Below are positions 14,047 to 25,835 of a stretch of 64,000 nucleotides of DNA, piece after piece (positions within the stretch are counted from its first letter, which is position 1; each line of letters begins with the position of its first letter). Position numbers and translations under genes: made by a program. The notes under the pieces were generated by a model. That model was not told the DNA's origin. It did no database searches and saw only the letters and a list, made by a program, of their open reading frames with translations. The stretch covers positions 19,220,001 through 19,284,000 of the forward strand of contig NC_088858.1 in assembly GCF_963853765.1 (NCBI RefSeq). Direction: 5' to 3'. Source of the DNA: Magallana gigas. Lineage: Eukaryota.

Positions 14047-14070
14047 ATGAGGACTGCATGCAGTCCTCAT
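14047..14070. repeat. Perfect 24-bp palindrome, likely a transposon subterminal hairpin
   Basis: ATGAGGACTGCA|TGCAGTCCTCAT, exactly self-complementary. Confidence 0.85.
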
Positions 14071-14577
14071 ACATGTAATAACCGGTTTCTACCACTTTGC
14101 AGATATCAGTATTCCATCCATTTTCCGAGGATCAAAAAGAAAAAGCTCTCTGAAATGACAATATGTTATAAGGAATCTTAAGGGACCAGAATCTTGAAAC
14201 TTTGATATTTGATATATATACATGTATATATAAAATAATTATTGTCCTTCTTACATCATTTATTTTAACAAATAAAATATACAACATGAGTAAGAAAGGT
14301 CACAAGTCAAATAATTTTTCTTTTCCTAATGTTTATAGATTGTAGGCAGAAATATAAAGAACAATACTTCTCGGCCGCCATGTTACCGTCTATGGTTTGC
14401 TGCTTGCCGACTGTAGAAAGATAAACGTCAATCACGTGATGAGTTATATTCATTGATGTGTCATTTTTTTTTTCAAGGCAAAACTAAAATGGTTTTAGAC
14501 TAAATCATAGTAAATATATTTATAATGTGTGGCCCATGTCAAGTACAGCATGCGTTTTATATCCTTCGGTGATCAGT

Positions 14578-14578
<1 letters not shown>

Positions 14579-14659
<81 letters not shown>
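14579..14659. repeat. (CT)n microsatellite with one interruption
   Basis: Direct read. Confidence 0.97.
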
Positions 14660-14661
<2 letters not shown>

Positions 14662-16295
14662 TTACGAGGCCTCTGCTAGGATCCAACATGCAGTGTAATA
14701 ACCTTGTAGTATAAAATCCAAAACATTTTAAAAATCAGAATTTTTTTTTACCCCTTATCTCCCAGATTCTCCCTAAAATTAAACTTTTGTCGGTCTCCGG
14801 CTCGTGTAAATGGTAAAAACGGGGGGGGGGGGGGTCAGGCATAACTATTGATATTAATGTAATTTTTTCGTGTAGTTTCTTTAGGTTTGAACATATTGGC
14901 CGATATATGCCCTTCAAATCCCCGCCACACGTATTTGTTTTTTACATCAAGTTTACTCGTATTCACATGCATTTCATTGTTTTCGTGATATTCAAAGTAC
15001 ATATATTCATTTTATGTACCGTTATTTTGTTAAAATATTCACAATGCTCGATCAAGTTTGATATTTATAGATAATTATGAGAAATTGATATGTCACGAGA
15101 AATTTCGAATTTTTCTACTTTTGTACTAAATTGTTTTCTAGCACATTTTCTTAGAACTGACATAAATGACACATCACATGGAACTTTTAATTTTCAGTTT
15201 TCTGTTTGTGCATGCAATTGCAAATACATTTTAAAGCGATAAAAGTCATCTTAGCATATTTTTTTAAACCTTCCTGTATATAGGTCCTTTGCAAGAGCAA
15301 TATTCATGTACACCTTATCAAAATCGGTTAATAGTGACAAAAAATGTATAGTCAGCCGCGTATAAAAGTTGAATATTTGAAATACCGCGTTTATAACAGC
15401 GAGAGGTGTAAGGCCAATGCGCTGCTTGGTCGTTGCCGGTTCGAACCGGGGGGGGGGGTGTTCATTGGGTGAGGGGTGTCCTTATGGTTTGATAAGTTTA
15501 ATATTTATAAATAGCGAACAAATAGCAAACTAGGGTCTAAATGTCGAGGGTTCTCGATCATCAGTGAATAATTTCCTTACGGAGTTACAATACAGAGAAA
15601 TGTCTTATAATATCTCCTTACTGCTACTGAAATAGATTGAGACACTGTACTTAACTTGCTAACGATAATTAATTTGTGGAGCAAAAATGCAAAAATAAAT
15701 CAGCTCTGAGAAATAAATATTTACATTCCGGTGGCCTTTTCTTCCCCTCGTCCCCCTTTAATCTGCCTGCAACATAACGAGTGCCTGTTTTTAATTATCT
15801 GAATAAGCCTAGTTCGTGTCAGATCATACCCCGGGTATACGGGTATTAAAAACAATTTTTTGGCGGCAGTCATTGTTCTATGCACTTTATACAAAAAGCA
15901 ATACTATACTTGAGAATGATTGCACAAATTCCTCGGGTAAATACGATTTCAGGAGTGCGGGGGTCTCATTAGTTTTCCTTTAAATTAGTGTTTATTTTTA
16001 ATTCTGACTTTTTGACATCGTCCTTTTTTTTTTACACTGGTCGATGGCTTTTTATTCATCTTCAAATCCTCAAAATTCCAAGTTGCTCAAAAATGATGAG
16101 TATACACACAGCGAAAGAAAAGTTAGCTCAAACGGTTTCTAAGTGCAGTGTTTGTCTAAATTTATTTTTTGATATATCTTCATGTGTGTATTGTCATGTA
16201 ATTGAAATTTTTGATTTGAATGTTATTTCTTTCTCGCAGTTTGAACTTGGCTATGAAAGCTAAAATTTAGAACTAAATTTCGTTCTTTTATGTTT

Positions 16296-16299
<4 letters not shown>

Positions 16300-16379
<80 letters not shown>
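16300..16379. repeat. (AG)n microsatellite
   Basis: Direct read. Confidence 0.97.
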
Positions 16380-16383
<4 letters not shown>

Positions 16384-19300
16384 GCTATTCTGCTTGGGGC
16401 GTTCTTTTTATGTATAGATCTATTATCGTTACATTTTATTTCTAAAAAGTTGTCTCTAATTTAAGATTTTTGTTTTGAATTTAATCATTGAAATGTTTAT
16501 TGAACTGAGAGTTGATGTGAATATGTTACACTGAAAAAAAAATCTACCAAAAAATTAGGATCATTTTTTCCTCGACGTGTTAGCGTGTGATTTTCCATTA
16601 AAGAAAGTATGAAAACCGCGGAAATGCTTTTCGCTGATTGAGTCATTAACAGGCCATGTTAGAAAGGACCAGCAATTTAATACCTGTTTCGTTGTTCATT
16701 AATACCATTTTCATACACCCGACAAATATTTCAATGCAGTCATCAAGAAAGTTTCTTTTAGGAATTTTAATGGTTATGGTATCATCAAGTGCAATTTTTT
16801 TTCTTTCTCTTGTTTAGATATGTATATGTAAAAATCAAGGTATATATACATGGGAAAGTAATTCAGGTACATTTTCGTGGTTTCTGGATCATGGTACGAG
16901 CCGGGTAAATCTTTTAGCGCATTAGCGACAGGTGTTTCAACGAAATTCAATAAAGACAATTCGAAAAAGAAAAGTGGATACCTTAAGGCGAAAATAAAAA
17001 TAATTTTTAGCACTATATTAAGATGAATGAATGAATACACACTATGGGGTTAACTTCTAAACAAATAGATAAACATTTTCAAAATATTTTAAAACAGATT
17101 ACCTTCGTACCTGATCGAACCCAGTGCTTTTCCGGCTTCGTCAAAATTGCATTTTATTTTCAGTAATGAAATAGTTAATATATTAATATCATCGATATTT
17201 TTCATGTTTGATAAGGTCGCTGACTTAATTATATATGATTTTTTAATTTTGTTGCGGCACTATCAGTTTTTGCCTCCCCACCCCTCCCCAGTTTGTCTCT
17301 CACTGAGGAGATTGTTGCATTCCACTTGCATTCCAAACTATATATATATATATATATAGCTACAAGATTGACTCTGTCCAGGATTTCAGAATTGGGGTGT
17401 GACCTTTTTTTTTTTAAAAAAAAAGAAAAGTTAAATAAGAGATCAAATTCGAGTGAGAAAGCGTTTAAAAATCATAATACTTCAAGCTTGAAATGTAATA
17501 TGAAAAAAGTGGGTTTGTTTGAAGTTAATTACCCCGTGTCAAGAAGTATTGATGACTAATTTCCATTAATTCACGGCTTAATTAAAAAAAAACCTCGAAT
17601 TTCAAATATCATTTCAAAGGTTTCTAAAGAAAGGAAACTTTTTTTTATATATGTTAACCTTTTACTGTTCTCAAATTGCACGCACCTGTGCTATATACTT
17701 GTCACAGCTAGATGAATAAAGGGGGGGGGGACCGAATTCCATGTCGAATAACTACGTATTTAACCGCTGTTTTCACAATATGTACATGCCCTTTTGCATC
17801 ACTCCAATTATCGGGTGACTTTGGGGGTCGTTTTGAATTCACAGGTTTATCTATCTGCGTCATGTGTATAGATGGTGTTGCGTCAGAAGACCGATAATTA
17901 CATGTATATACCCGTGCAGATATTATGTGTGTTAGGACTTGTCCTGCATCAAGGAAGTCATATATACATCTATGATTACTCTTCATCAAATCCGGATTGT
18001 CCTGATCCGTCCAATCCGGTCCGGACCACATGGGTTGTTGAGGCAGTACATGCATCTACACACGTAGAAATGAAACCTCAAGAAGAGTAAAAACAAATAA
18101 ACAATATCCTTATTAAGTTTAATTAAATATCATGCGTGACGTGTCTGGTTAAATTGACAACATTAATATTATTAAATGATTTGTTAAACATCTTATAATT
18201 GTATTTTAAACATAAATGAAATATCACCTATGAATCAGCAAATCACATCTTATTCCAAGTTTACATTTCAGGCCAAAGAAAGAAAAAAACATCTTTATAG
18301 GGCGCATACTTTTATTCCTGAAAAATAAAGTCCAAGAATTCAGCGTCCTATATTTGGTTATGTTTACTAGTATCTGTTTTGGGGGTTTTGTTTGATTGTT
18401 TTGGTGGGGGGTGTATTAGTGTTTGTTTTGTTTGTTTCAGTACTAGAATGCGGTGTCAGCCTAAATCGCATTGAAATTTAATTGCTTTGATTAACACAAA
18501 ACTGCATGTAGACTAATATTCATGTATATTTATATGAGTGTTAATTTCCAAGGTCTATAAACATTTTATGTAAACACAATGTGCGTTCCCGTTTCACACG
18601 TGAAATTCAGACACGTGAGCTGCTGAATTGCGCCTATTTCAATGAAAATAACATTTATACAGCTAAGTGATTGCCGCTACTGTAATAATAACAACATCAG
18701 GACCCCCACCCCAATCACTGCAAAAAAAAAAAAACCTTGTCTAGTTCTTATAGTTATCACGATTACACACGGCTCACCATATATAGTGATCCTTTTTTTT
18801 TTGTCAGTCTCCCTGTTTGTTCATTTGTTTGTCGTCATTCAATTATTTTCCTACTGATACAGCGAGTATATGTTTTTGTGCGAGTTTCAAATGAATTATG
18901 TGTATTCTGCCATGCCGTAGTAAAGTTATCCACCACTGACTTATGAAATTAAATAAATCAATTCTCTTTTTTAGAACATGCATAGTTTTAAAAATTTCTC
19001 CCCCCCCCCTTTTGTTTGTGCAACCAAAAGAAAGCAGTATATCAAAAGAAAGACAACTCATGTCAAAACGTTCACCAAGTTATAAAAAATTTTGATATGC
19101 AAAAATAGATAAAAATAAAAAATAATAATAAATAAATAAAGGTCTTGTGGTATGGTTACGAATAAATTTGCAAATTCAAAACACAATTTCTTAAAAATTA
19201 TTTTATTTGTCTTTCGAGATAATGAAAGAGCGATAACTCTTTGATTTTTTTTCATTCTAATATGTGCGGTCCCAGCAATTTTTTGGTTGGTTAATTATGG

Positions 19301-19830
19301 AAAGCTAAAAAAAATGCAGGGGTCAGCACGCTTATTTTTCAAACATGCATACCCCCATCTCGCCCAATAAACTTGACTTTGGAAAAATGTCATTAATCAA
19401 ATTTTCTTCCAACATTTTCTAAGTAAATTTCTTTGTAAGTTTAAAAAATAATAGTAGACTTCTTTATTATTATCATTATTTTTTTTTAGAATGTACGAGA
19501 TAAGTATAACGTTAAGGATGTTAGAAAATGCAGAAATGCATGTTGAATTACAAAATAATCAGATAGACAGTATTCATTTTATGTGTTTTTTCTCTCTCTC
19601 TCATTTAAATGGGACCCGATCATGCACTTAAATATGCCTCTTGATACAGTTGTTTTTATAGACGTGATTTTGCTTTAAGAAATTCTATATTGATATATTT
19701 AAAAATGTTGAAGAATATGACTTAAAATACACGAAATAATATTAGGTGCAGAATATCTTATATTGACTGTGTTACCTAATGTTGTACATTTAATGAGAAT
19801 ATTAAGTGAATTCAAGCCTTTTAAGGAAGG

Positions 19831-19922
19831 TGGAATTTCCTCTGGGGAATCCTATTTCCAAAATTAGAATTGTATTTTAGACTCTCGATATTCATTGGTT
19901 AATATTCATATGATGACGTCAT
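19831..19922 (+). promoter_or_regulatory. Candidate promoter of the uncharacterised gene (kappaB-like pair and CRE)
   Basis: TGGAATTTCC 19831-19840 and GGGGAATCCT 19844-19853, each one mismatch from GGGRNWYYCC; ATTGG near 19894; full ATGACGTCAT 19913-19922; lies just upstream of the first exon-like segments. Confidence 0.3.
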
Positions 19923-20433
19923 GATCGCTAAGGCTTACGTTGTGTTTTGATTACATCACCAGTGTTTCAGCATCAGATGTTGAGGCAAGACGTGCATTTC
20001 GCTAAGCGAGATTTTTCTGAAAATTAGTGTATCACAAGACCCAAGAAAGTTGCAGAAATGAACGACTATACTTCTAAGAGGGTATTGCTCATATTTATTC
20101 ATTTTATTGCGGCAAAAAATTTCATGTTTTGTTGTTATGGTGAAAAGTTGTTATTTAAAAATCTTCGGCTATATAAGAAACAATCGGTTTGGCAGAAAAA
20201 ATCCTTTGATCGATGTCAAGATAATAAATGCATTCACTTAATATTCTTATCATAAATCTTAATCGTTAACAATGCATATATTACATGTATTTTTTACATC
20301 GATTTTTTATTCAGAATCTTAAGAACTTTATAAAACTTATGAACTATAGGCCCTATTCTCTTTTCAAAGATAACGTTAGGCCTTATATATAAGCCTATCA
20401 ATCAATTCTTTTTATATCTTTGATACGTTTTAG

Positions 20434-20543
20434 AGTGTGTTTGTTACCAATATTATAACAAGACAGGTGAATTATCTCCAAATAAAAACTACAAAACACA
20501 AAAATACAAAATCAGAAAAAGAGAGCGGAAAGCGGAGGGGGCG
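20434..20543 (+). other. Probable upstream exon (coding or 5' UTR) of the uncharacterised gene
   Basis: Acceptor gatacgttttag| and donor GCG|gtaggc; open in two frames (SVFVTNII...GKRRGR or CVCYQYY...KAEGA). Confidence 0.4.
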
Positions 20544-20707
20544 GTAGGCTTAGTGGTATCCCTACGAATTTGGAATCTCAAATTGATCCCAAAATTGGGA
20601 AAAATAAATAACTTTTTGACAAAAGGAATATAACAGTACCGTTTATAGGTAAAAGAAACCACCATCCCGCTAATATGACACATTTTTTCCATTTCAGAAG
20701 AGAGAGG

Positions 20708-20847
20708 ATGGACAGTATCTACCACCAGAACTTGTCCCTAGTAGCTATCAGATGCTGGGCATGGGTTTCAGAACCACGCCCTACTCCTGCGGGAGATTCA
20801 TGGAGGTCTCAGATTATTTTAAATATTAAAAAATATTGGTTTAGGAT
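20708..20847 (+). CDS. Uncharacterised gene, probable first or early coding exon (exon starts at 20698)
   Basis: Acceptor ttttttccatttcag| at 20697; ATG in strong context AGGATGG; open to a perfect donor AT|gtaagt; MDSIYHQNLSLVAIRCWAWVSEPRPTPAGDSWRSQIILNIKKYWFR. Confidence 0.5.
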
Positions 20848-21059
20848 GTAAGTAAAAATAAAGTCACAATGGATATTCTTTCTCCTCTCTCTATCCTCAT
20901 CACTCGTTCTTTCACACGTATGTCATTTCTGTTATTCTAGAATATCTCTGCACACTTCTTTCATTTCATCTCTTTCTCTTTTGAAAATGTTTTGGAATTC
21001 TGAAATATTGTCGTTAAAATATGGGTAATATTCAAACATTTTTTATCATTATTCTTCAG

Positions 21060-21158
21060 GCTGAGCCCGCTATAAAGCGGCTTCACCCATTCACTGATCA
21101 GACAGTGTTACAGAAAACTGGGTTCATTCGTACTTTGGACAGAGGGGCAACATGCGAG
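21060..21158 (+). CDS. Uncharacterised gene, 99-nt exon; in-frame TAA at 21073-21075 in the phase-2 reading
   Basis: Strong acceptor ttttttatcattattcttcag| and donor GAG|gtaatt. Phase-2 reading is LSPL*SGFTHSLIRQCYRKLGSFVLWTEGQHAR; phase-0 reading is AEPAIKRLHPFTDQ...ATCE. Confidence 0.55.
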
Positions 21159-21301
21159 GTAATTAACGTATATGTGTACAAGTTTTTAAACAAATTAAAT
21201 ATGAAATAAAACGGTGATATTAAGAGTATCATGTCATCAAACTTTCTAAGTCCCTAAATTTCAAGGAACCGGTCATTATTGAGGGCTTATTTTTTTCTTA
21301 G

Positions 21302-21464
21302 GCTTTTGATATCAAATACTTTTGCTGAATTTCAGACAAGTAATCTGTTGAGTGATGAACAGATTCAAAAGTTCATATCATCTACCGTGCTTCCTTACCA
21401 CCGCAAGCTAATCAACTCCAATGGCACGAAGTGGTCTCAGCCAGAGAAGAGACCTACCCAACAG
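21302..21464 (+). CDS. Uncharacterised gene, exon ending at the first satellite unit (alternative acceptor at 21336)
   Basis: Acceptor tttttttcttag|G, phase 2; LLISNTFAEFQTSNLLSDEQIQKFISSTVLPYHRKLINSNGTKWSQPEKRPTQQ; donor CAG|gtatca, phase 0, matching the next exon. Confidence 0.65.
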
Positions 21465-24270
21465 GTATCAATACACAGACACAACACAACAGGTATCAAT
21501 AAACAAACACAACACAACAGGTATCAATACACAGACACAACACACCAGGTATCAATACACAAACACAACACACCAGGTATCAATACAAAGACACAATCTA
21601 ACAGGTATCAATACACAGACACAACACAACAGGTATCAATCCACAGACACAACACAACAGGTATCAATCCACAGACACAACACACCAGGTATCAATACAC
21701 AGACAAAACACCAGGTATCAATCCACAGACACAACACAACAGGTATCAATACACACATACAACACAACAGGTATCAATACACAGACACAACACAATTGGT
21801 ATCAATACACAGACACAACACAACAGGTATCAATACACAGACACAACACACCAGGTATCAATACACAGACACAACACAACAGGTATCAATACACAGACAC
21901 AACACAACAGGTATCAAAACACAGACACAACACACCAGGTATCAATACACAGACACAACACACCAGGTATTAATACACAGACACAACCCAAAAGGTATCA
22001 ATACACAGACACAACACAACAGGTATCAATACACAGACACAACACAACAGGTATCAATACACAGACACAACACAATAGGTATCAATACACAGACACAACC
22101 CAACAGGTATCAATACACAGACACAACACAACAGGTATCAATACAAAGACACAACACACCAGGTATCAATACACAGACACAACCCAACAGGTATCAATAC
22201 AAAGACACAACCCAACAGGTATCAATACAAAGACACAACACAACAGGTATCAATACAAAGACACAACACAACAGGTATCAATACAAAGACACAACACAAC
22301 AGGTATCAATACAAAGACACAACACAACAGGTATTAATACACAGACACAACCCAACATGTATCAATCCACAGACACAACACACCAGGTATCAATACAAAG
22401 ACACAACACACCAGGTATCAATACAAAGACACAACACAACAGGTATCAATACAAAGACACAACCCAACAGGTATCAATACACAGACACAACACACCAGGT
22501 ATCAATACACAGACACAACACAACAGGTATCAATACAAAGACACAACTCAACAGGTATCAATACAAAGACACAACACAACAGGTATCAATACACAGACAC
22601 AACACAATAGGTATCAATACACAGACACAACACAACAGGTATCAATACACAGACACAACACAATAGGTATCAATACACAGACACAACACAACAGGTATCA
22701 ATACACAGACACAACACAACATGTATCAATCCACAGACACAACACACCAGGTATCAATACAAAGACACAACACACCAGGTATCAATACAAAGACACAACA
22801 CAACAGGTATCAATACAAAGACACAACACAACAGGTATCAATACAAAGACACAACACAACAGGTATTAATACACAGACACAACCCAACAGGTATCAATAC
22901 AAAGACACAACACAACAGGTATCAATACAAAGACACAACACAACAGGTATCAATACAAAGACACAACACACCAGGTATCAATACACAGACACAACACACC
23001 AGGTATCAATCCACAGACACAACACACCAGGTATCAATACACAGACACAACACACCAGGTATCAATACAAAGACACAACACAACAGGTATCAATACAAAG
23101 ACACAACACAACAGATATCAATACAAAGACACAACACAACAGGTATCAATACACAGACACAACACAACAGGTATCAATACACAGACACAACCCAACAGGT
23201 ATCAATACAAAGACACAACACACCAGGTATCAATACAAAGACACAACACAACAGGTATCAATACACAGACACAACACAACAGGTATCAATACACAGACAC
23301 AACCCAACAGGTATCAATACACAGACACAACACACCAGGTATCAATACACAGACACAACCCAACAGGTATCAATACACAGACACAACACACCAGGTATCA
23401 ATACACAGACACAACACAACAGATATCAATACACAGACACAACACAACAGGTATCAATACAAAGACACAACACAACAGGTATCAATACACAGACACAACC
23501 CAACAGGTATCAATACAAAGACACAACACACCAGGTATCAATACACAGACACAACACAACAGGTATCAATACACAGACACAACACAACAGGTATCAATAC
23601 AAAGACACAACACACCAGGTATCAATACAAAGACACAACACAACAGGTATCAATACAAAGACACAACACAACAGGTATCAATACAAAGACACAACACAAC
23701 AGATATCAATACAAAGACACAACACAACAGATATCAATACAAAGACACAACACAACAGGTATCAATACAAAGACACAACACAACAGGTATCAATACAAAG
23801 ACACAACACAACAGGTATCAATACACAAATACAACACAACAGGTATCAATACACAGACACAACACAACAGGTATCAATACAAAGACACAACCTAACAGGT
23901 ATCAATACAAAGACACAACACAACAGGTATCAATACAAAGACACAACACAACAGATATCAATACAAAGACACAACACACCAGGTATCAATACATAGACAC
24001 AACACAATAGGTATCAATACACAGACACAACCCTACAGGTATCAATACACAGACACAACACAACATGTATCAATCCACAGACACAACCCTACAGGTATCA
24101 ATACACAGACACAACACAACAGGTATCAATCCACAGACACAACACACCAGGTATCAATACACAGACACAACACACCAGGTATCAATACACAGACACAACA
24201 CACCAGGTATCAATACAAAGACACAACCCTACAGGTATCAATACACAGACACAACCTAACAGGTATCAAT
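21456..24270 (+). repeat. Intronic minisatellite, 28-bp unit, about 100 copies
   Basis: Consensus AGGTATCAATAC(A/C)(C/A)AGACACAACAC(A/C)AC; about 2.8 kb; strongly A/C-rich on the + strand; accounts for the 352, 482 and 429-aa ORFs with 28-aa periodicity. Confidence 0.97.
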
Positions 24271-24358
24271 TCACATACACCCTAAGACAATACTCAGAGA
24301 AAATTAAGTCCACTTAGATATAAATTTAAATCACTAAGAGTCTTTTACACTTTGACAG

Positions 24359-25018
24359 AGACCGACAACAACAGTTGCAGAGTTGAACTATGCACCAATG
24401 TCTCCTGCCTTTGGAGTGGGAAATCAAGCAACAAAACAAGTCTTTTCAGTGCCTACAAATGTTTCCCAAGGAACACAGAGAGGAGCCATCAAAGAAACAC
24501 AAAGACATCCTCCCAGTTTTTCCAAGGGAGTTAATGTTCCCAAGGGGACACAGAAAGAAATAATTCTCATCGAAGAGGGAACAGAAGATAAGGTCTGTTT
24601 TATCCCCCATGAAATCAGTGTCCCACAAAAAGCACAAGAAGATGTCATCTTCATCATGGAGGAAACTCAAAACGATGTCATCTATATTCCAAATGGAAAC
24701 AGTGTCATGCAAAGTACACACGAACTCAGCTATGGACCAAAAGAAAGGAGTGTTTCTGTTTCTCATGGATCACAAAAATTCAACTATATTCCCCGGGGAA
24801 ACAATAACTCGCTGGATGAGATCATTATGAGCCCTCGGGGAACCAGTGCTCCTCAGGTTACACAGGGACGACCTATATACCTACAGAGTCCTCCCACGGA
24901 TGTCCTTAGTGGTGGTCTGGACTGTAAAAGATCCCAGACATTGGAGACTCCTGTACAACGTGTACCAACCAATGACGTATCAGCTCAATATCAGCAGGAT
25001 GCTTTGTTCCATCATCAC
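24359..25018 (+). CDS. Uncharacterised gene, 660-nt exon with 28-aa internal repeat and SIM-like motifs
   Basis: Acceptor cttttacactttgacag| and donor CAC|gtaagt; phase 0-0; RPTTTVAELNYAPMSP...QDALFHHH. Confidence 0.8.
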
Positions 25019-25140
25019 GTAAGTCTTCTAAAATGTCAGGATGTGTCTAAAAATTGTGAATTCTTCATGTACTAGATACATTTATCCATCTAAAAATTCC
25101 AATCAAATTATATTTTTGTTTTTTATTGTTTTGCTTACAG

Positions 25141-25287
25141 CAACCGTGGACCATAATTCCACAAACCTTCCCTACAGAGACTGAGCAAAACCTAAAACGG
25201 ATCCCTGTACAGGAGCAATTTACTGACACACAGACAGACTCCGAGTCGTTACTGGTCAATGGAAGCAGGACTAGAGATGCTGAGATG
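25141..25287 (+). CDS. Uncharacterised gene, internal exon
   Basis: Acceptor ttttgcttacag| and donor ATG|gtacgc; 147 nt, phase 0-0; QPWTIIPQ...RDAEM. Confidence 0.8.
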
Positions 25288-25380
25288 GTACGCAAATTCC
25301 AAAAGACAATGTCAATTAAGATTTTCAACTCATGTTTATCTGCTTCCGTTTCTTAAATGTTGTTTCATGTTGGTTTTCAG

Positions 25381-25554
25381 TTTGAACACGCTTCACAGTT
25401 TGTTGAAGTTGCTCAAGATACTGTTAATCAAAGACCGGAGGTTGAAAACCTTTACAACCAAAAGATTACCCGAGAGCAGATAGAGGCTGACCTGCGTCAG
25501 ATTATGGGAGAACTTCTTGCAGAGACTCCTTCTACTACACAGCAAGTTGACGAG
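25381..25554 (+). CDS. Uncharacterised gene, internal exon
   Basis: Acceptor ttggttttcag| and donor GAG|gtacat; 174 nt, phase 0-0; FEHASQFVEV...IEADLRQIMGELLAE...QVDE. Confidence 0.8.
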
Positions 25555-25835
25555 GTACATAATCACAGGGACGATAGTTTGACGGGAATGATTAACTGTA
25601 ATTGCCCTTCTTATTGAATGCATTCATTGTATATATGATAATCTTTTATCACAATTTTTGATATTTAAAAATGATGAAAAAGATGTTCCTTGGAGACAAA
25701 AAGCACACTTATAGTGCTATAATTCATTATTTCAAGATTATTGTTCAAAATTTATCTTGCTGATATAGTATTATTCTTTTTTCTTTTTAACATTGGAACA
25801 TGATGTGATTTTTTTTAAATATTGCATATTTTCAG

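Noticed and set aside
15405-15450. tRNA or tRNA-SINE (B-box GGTTCGAACC at 15438-15447)
   Set aside because: No cloverleaf or convincing A-box. Similar isolated B-box-like words near 27525 and 28690 are also unsupported.
17708-18090. Overlapping short ORFs in a GC-richer patch
   Set aside because: No recognisable motif and no consistent splice sites; possibly decayed repeat or pseudogene DNA.
20698-20847. Firm assignment as a forkhead, HSF, T-box or ARID gene; also MEIOSIN by analogy to human SIX5 synteny
   Set aside because: Several different families give similarly loose matches, key residues (for example forkhead RHNLS) are absent, and no bHLH or HMG box is visible.
21279-24259. Long ORFs (352, 482, 429 and 64 aa) as stand-alone genes
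   Set aside because: They arise because the A/C-rich 28-bp unit lacks stops in all three + frames. The same 28-aa cycle appears in every frame, and the segment lies between a donor and an acceptor.
21456-24270. CRISPR array or recursive-splicing (AG|GT) array
   Set aside because: Units are contiguous with no unique spacers, there are no cas genes and the DNA is eukaryotic. The AG|GT sites lack any polypyrimidine tract.
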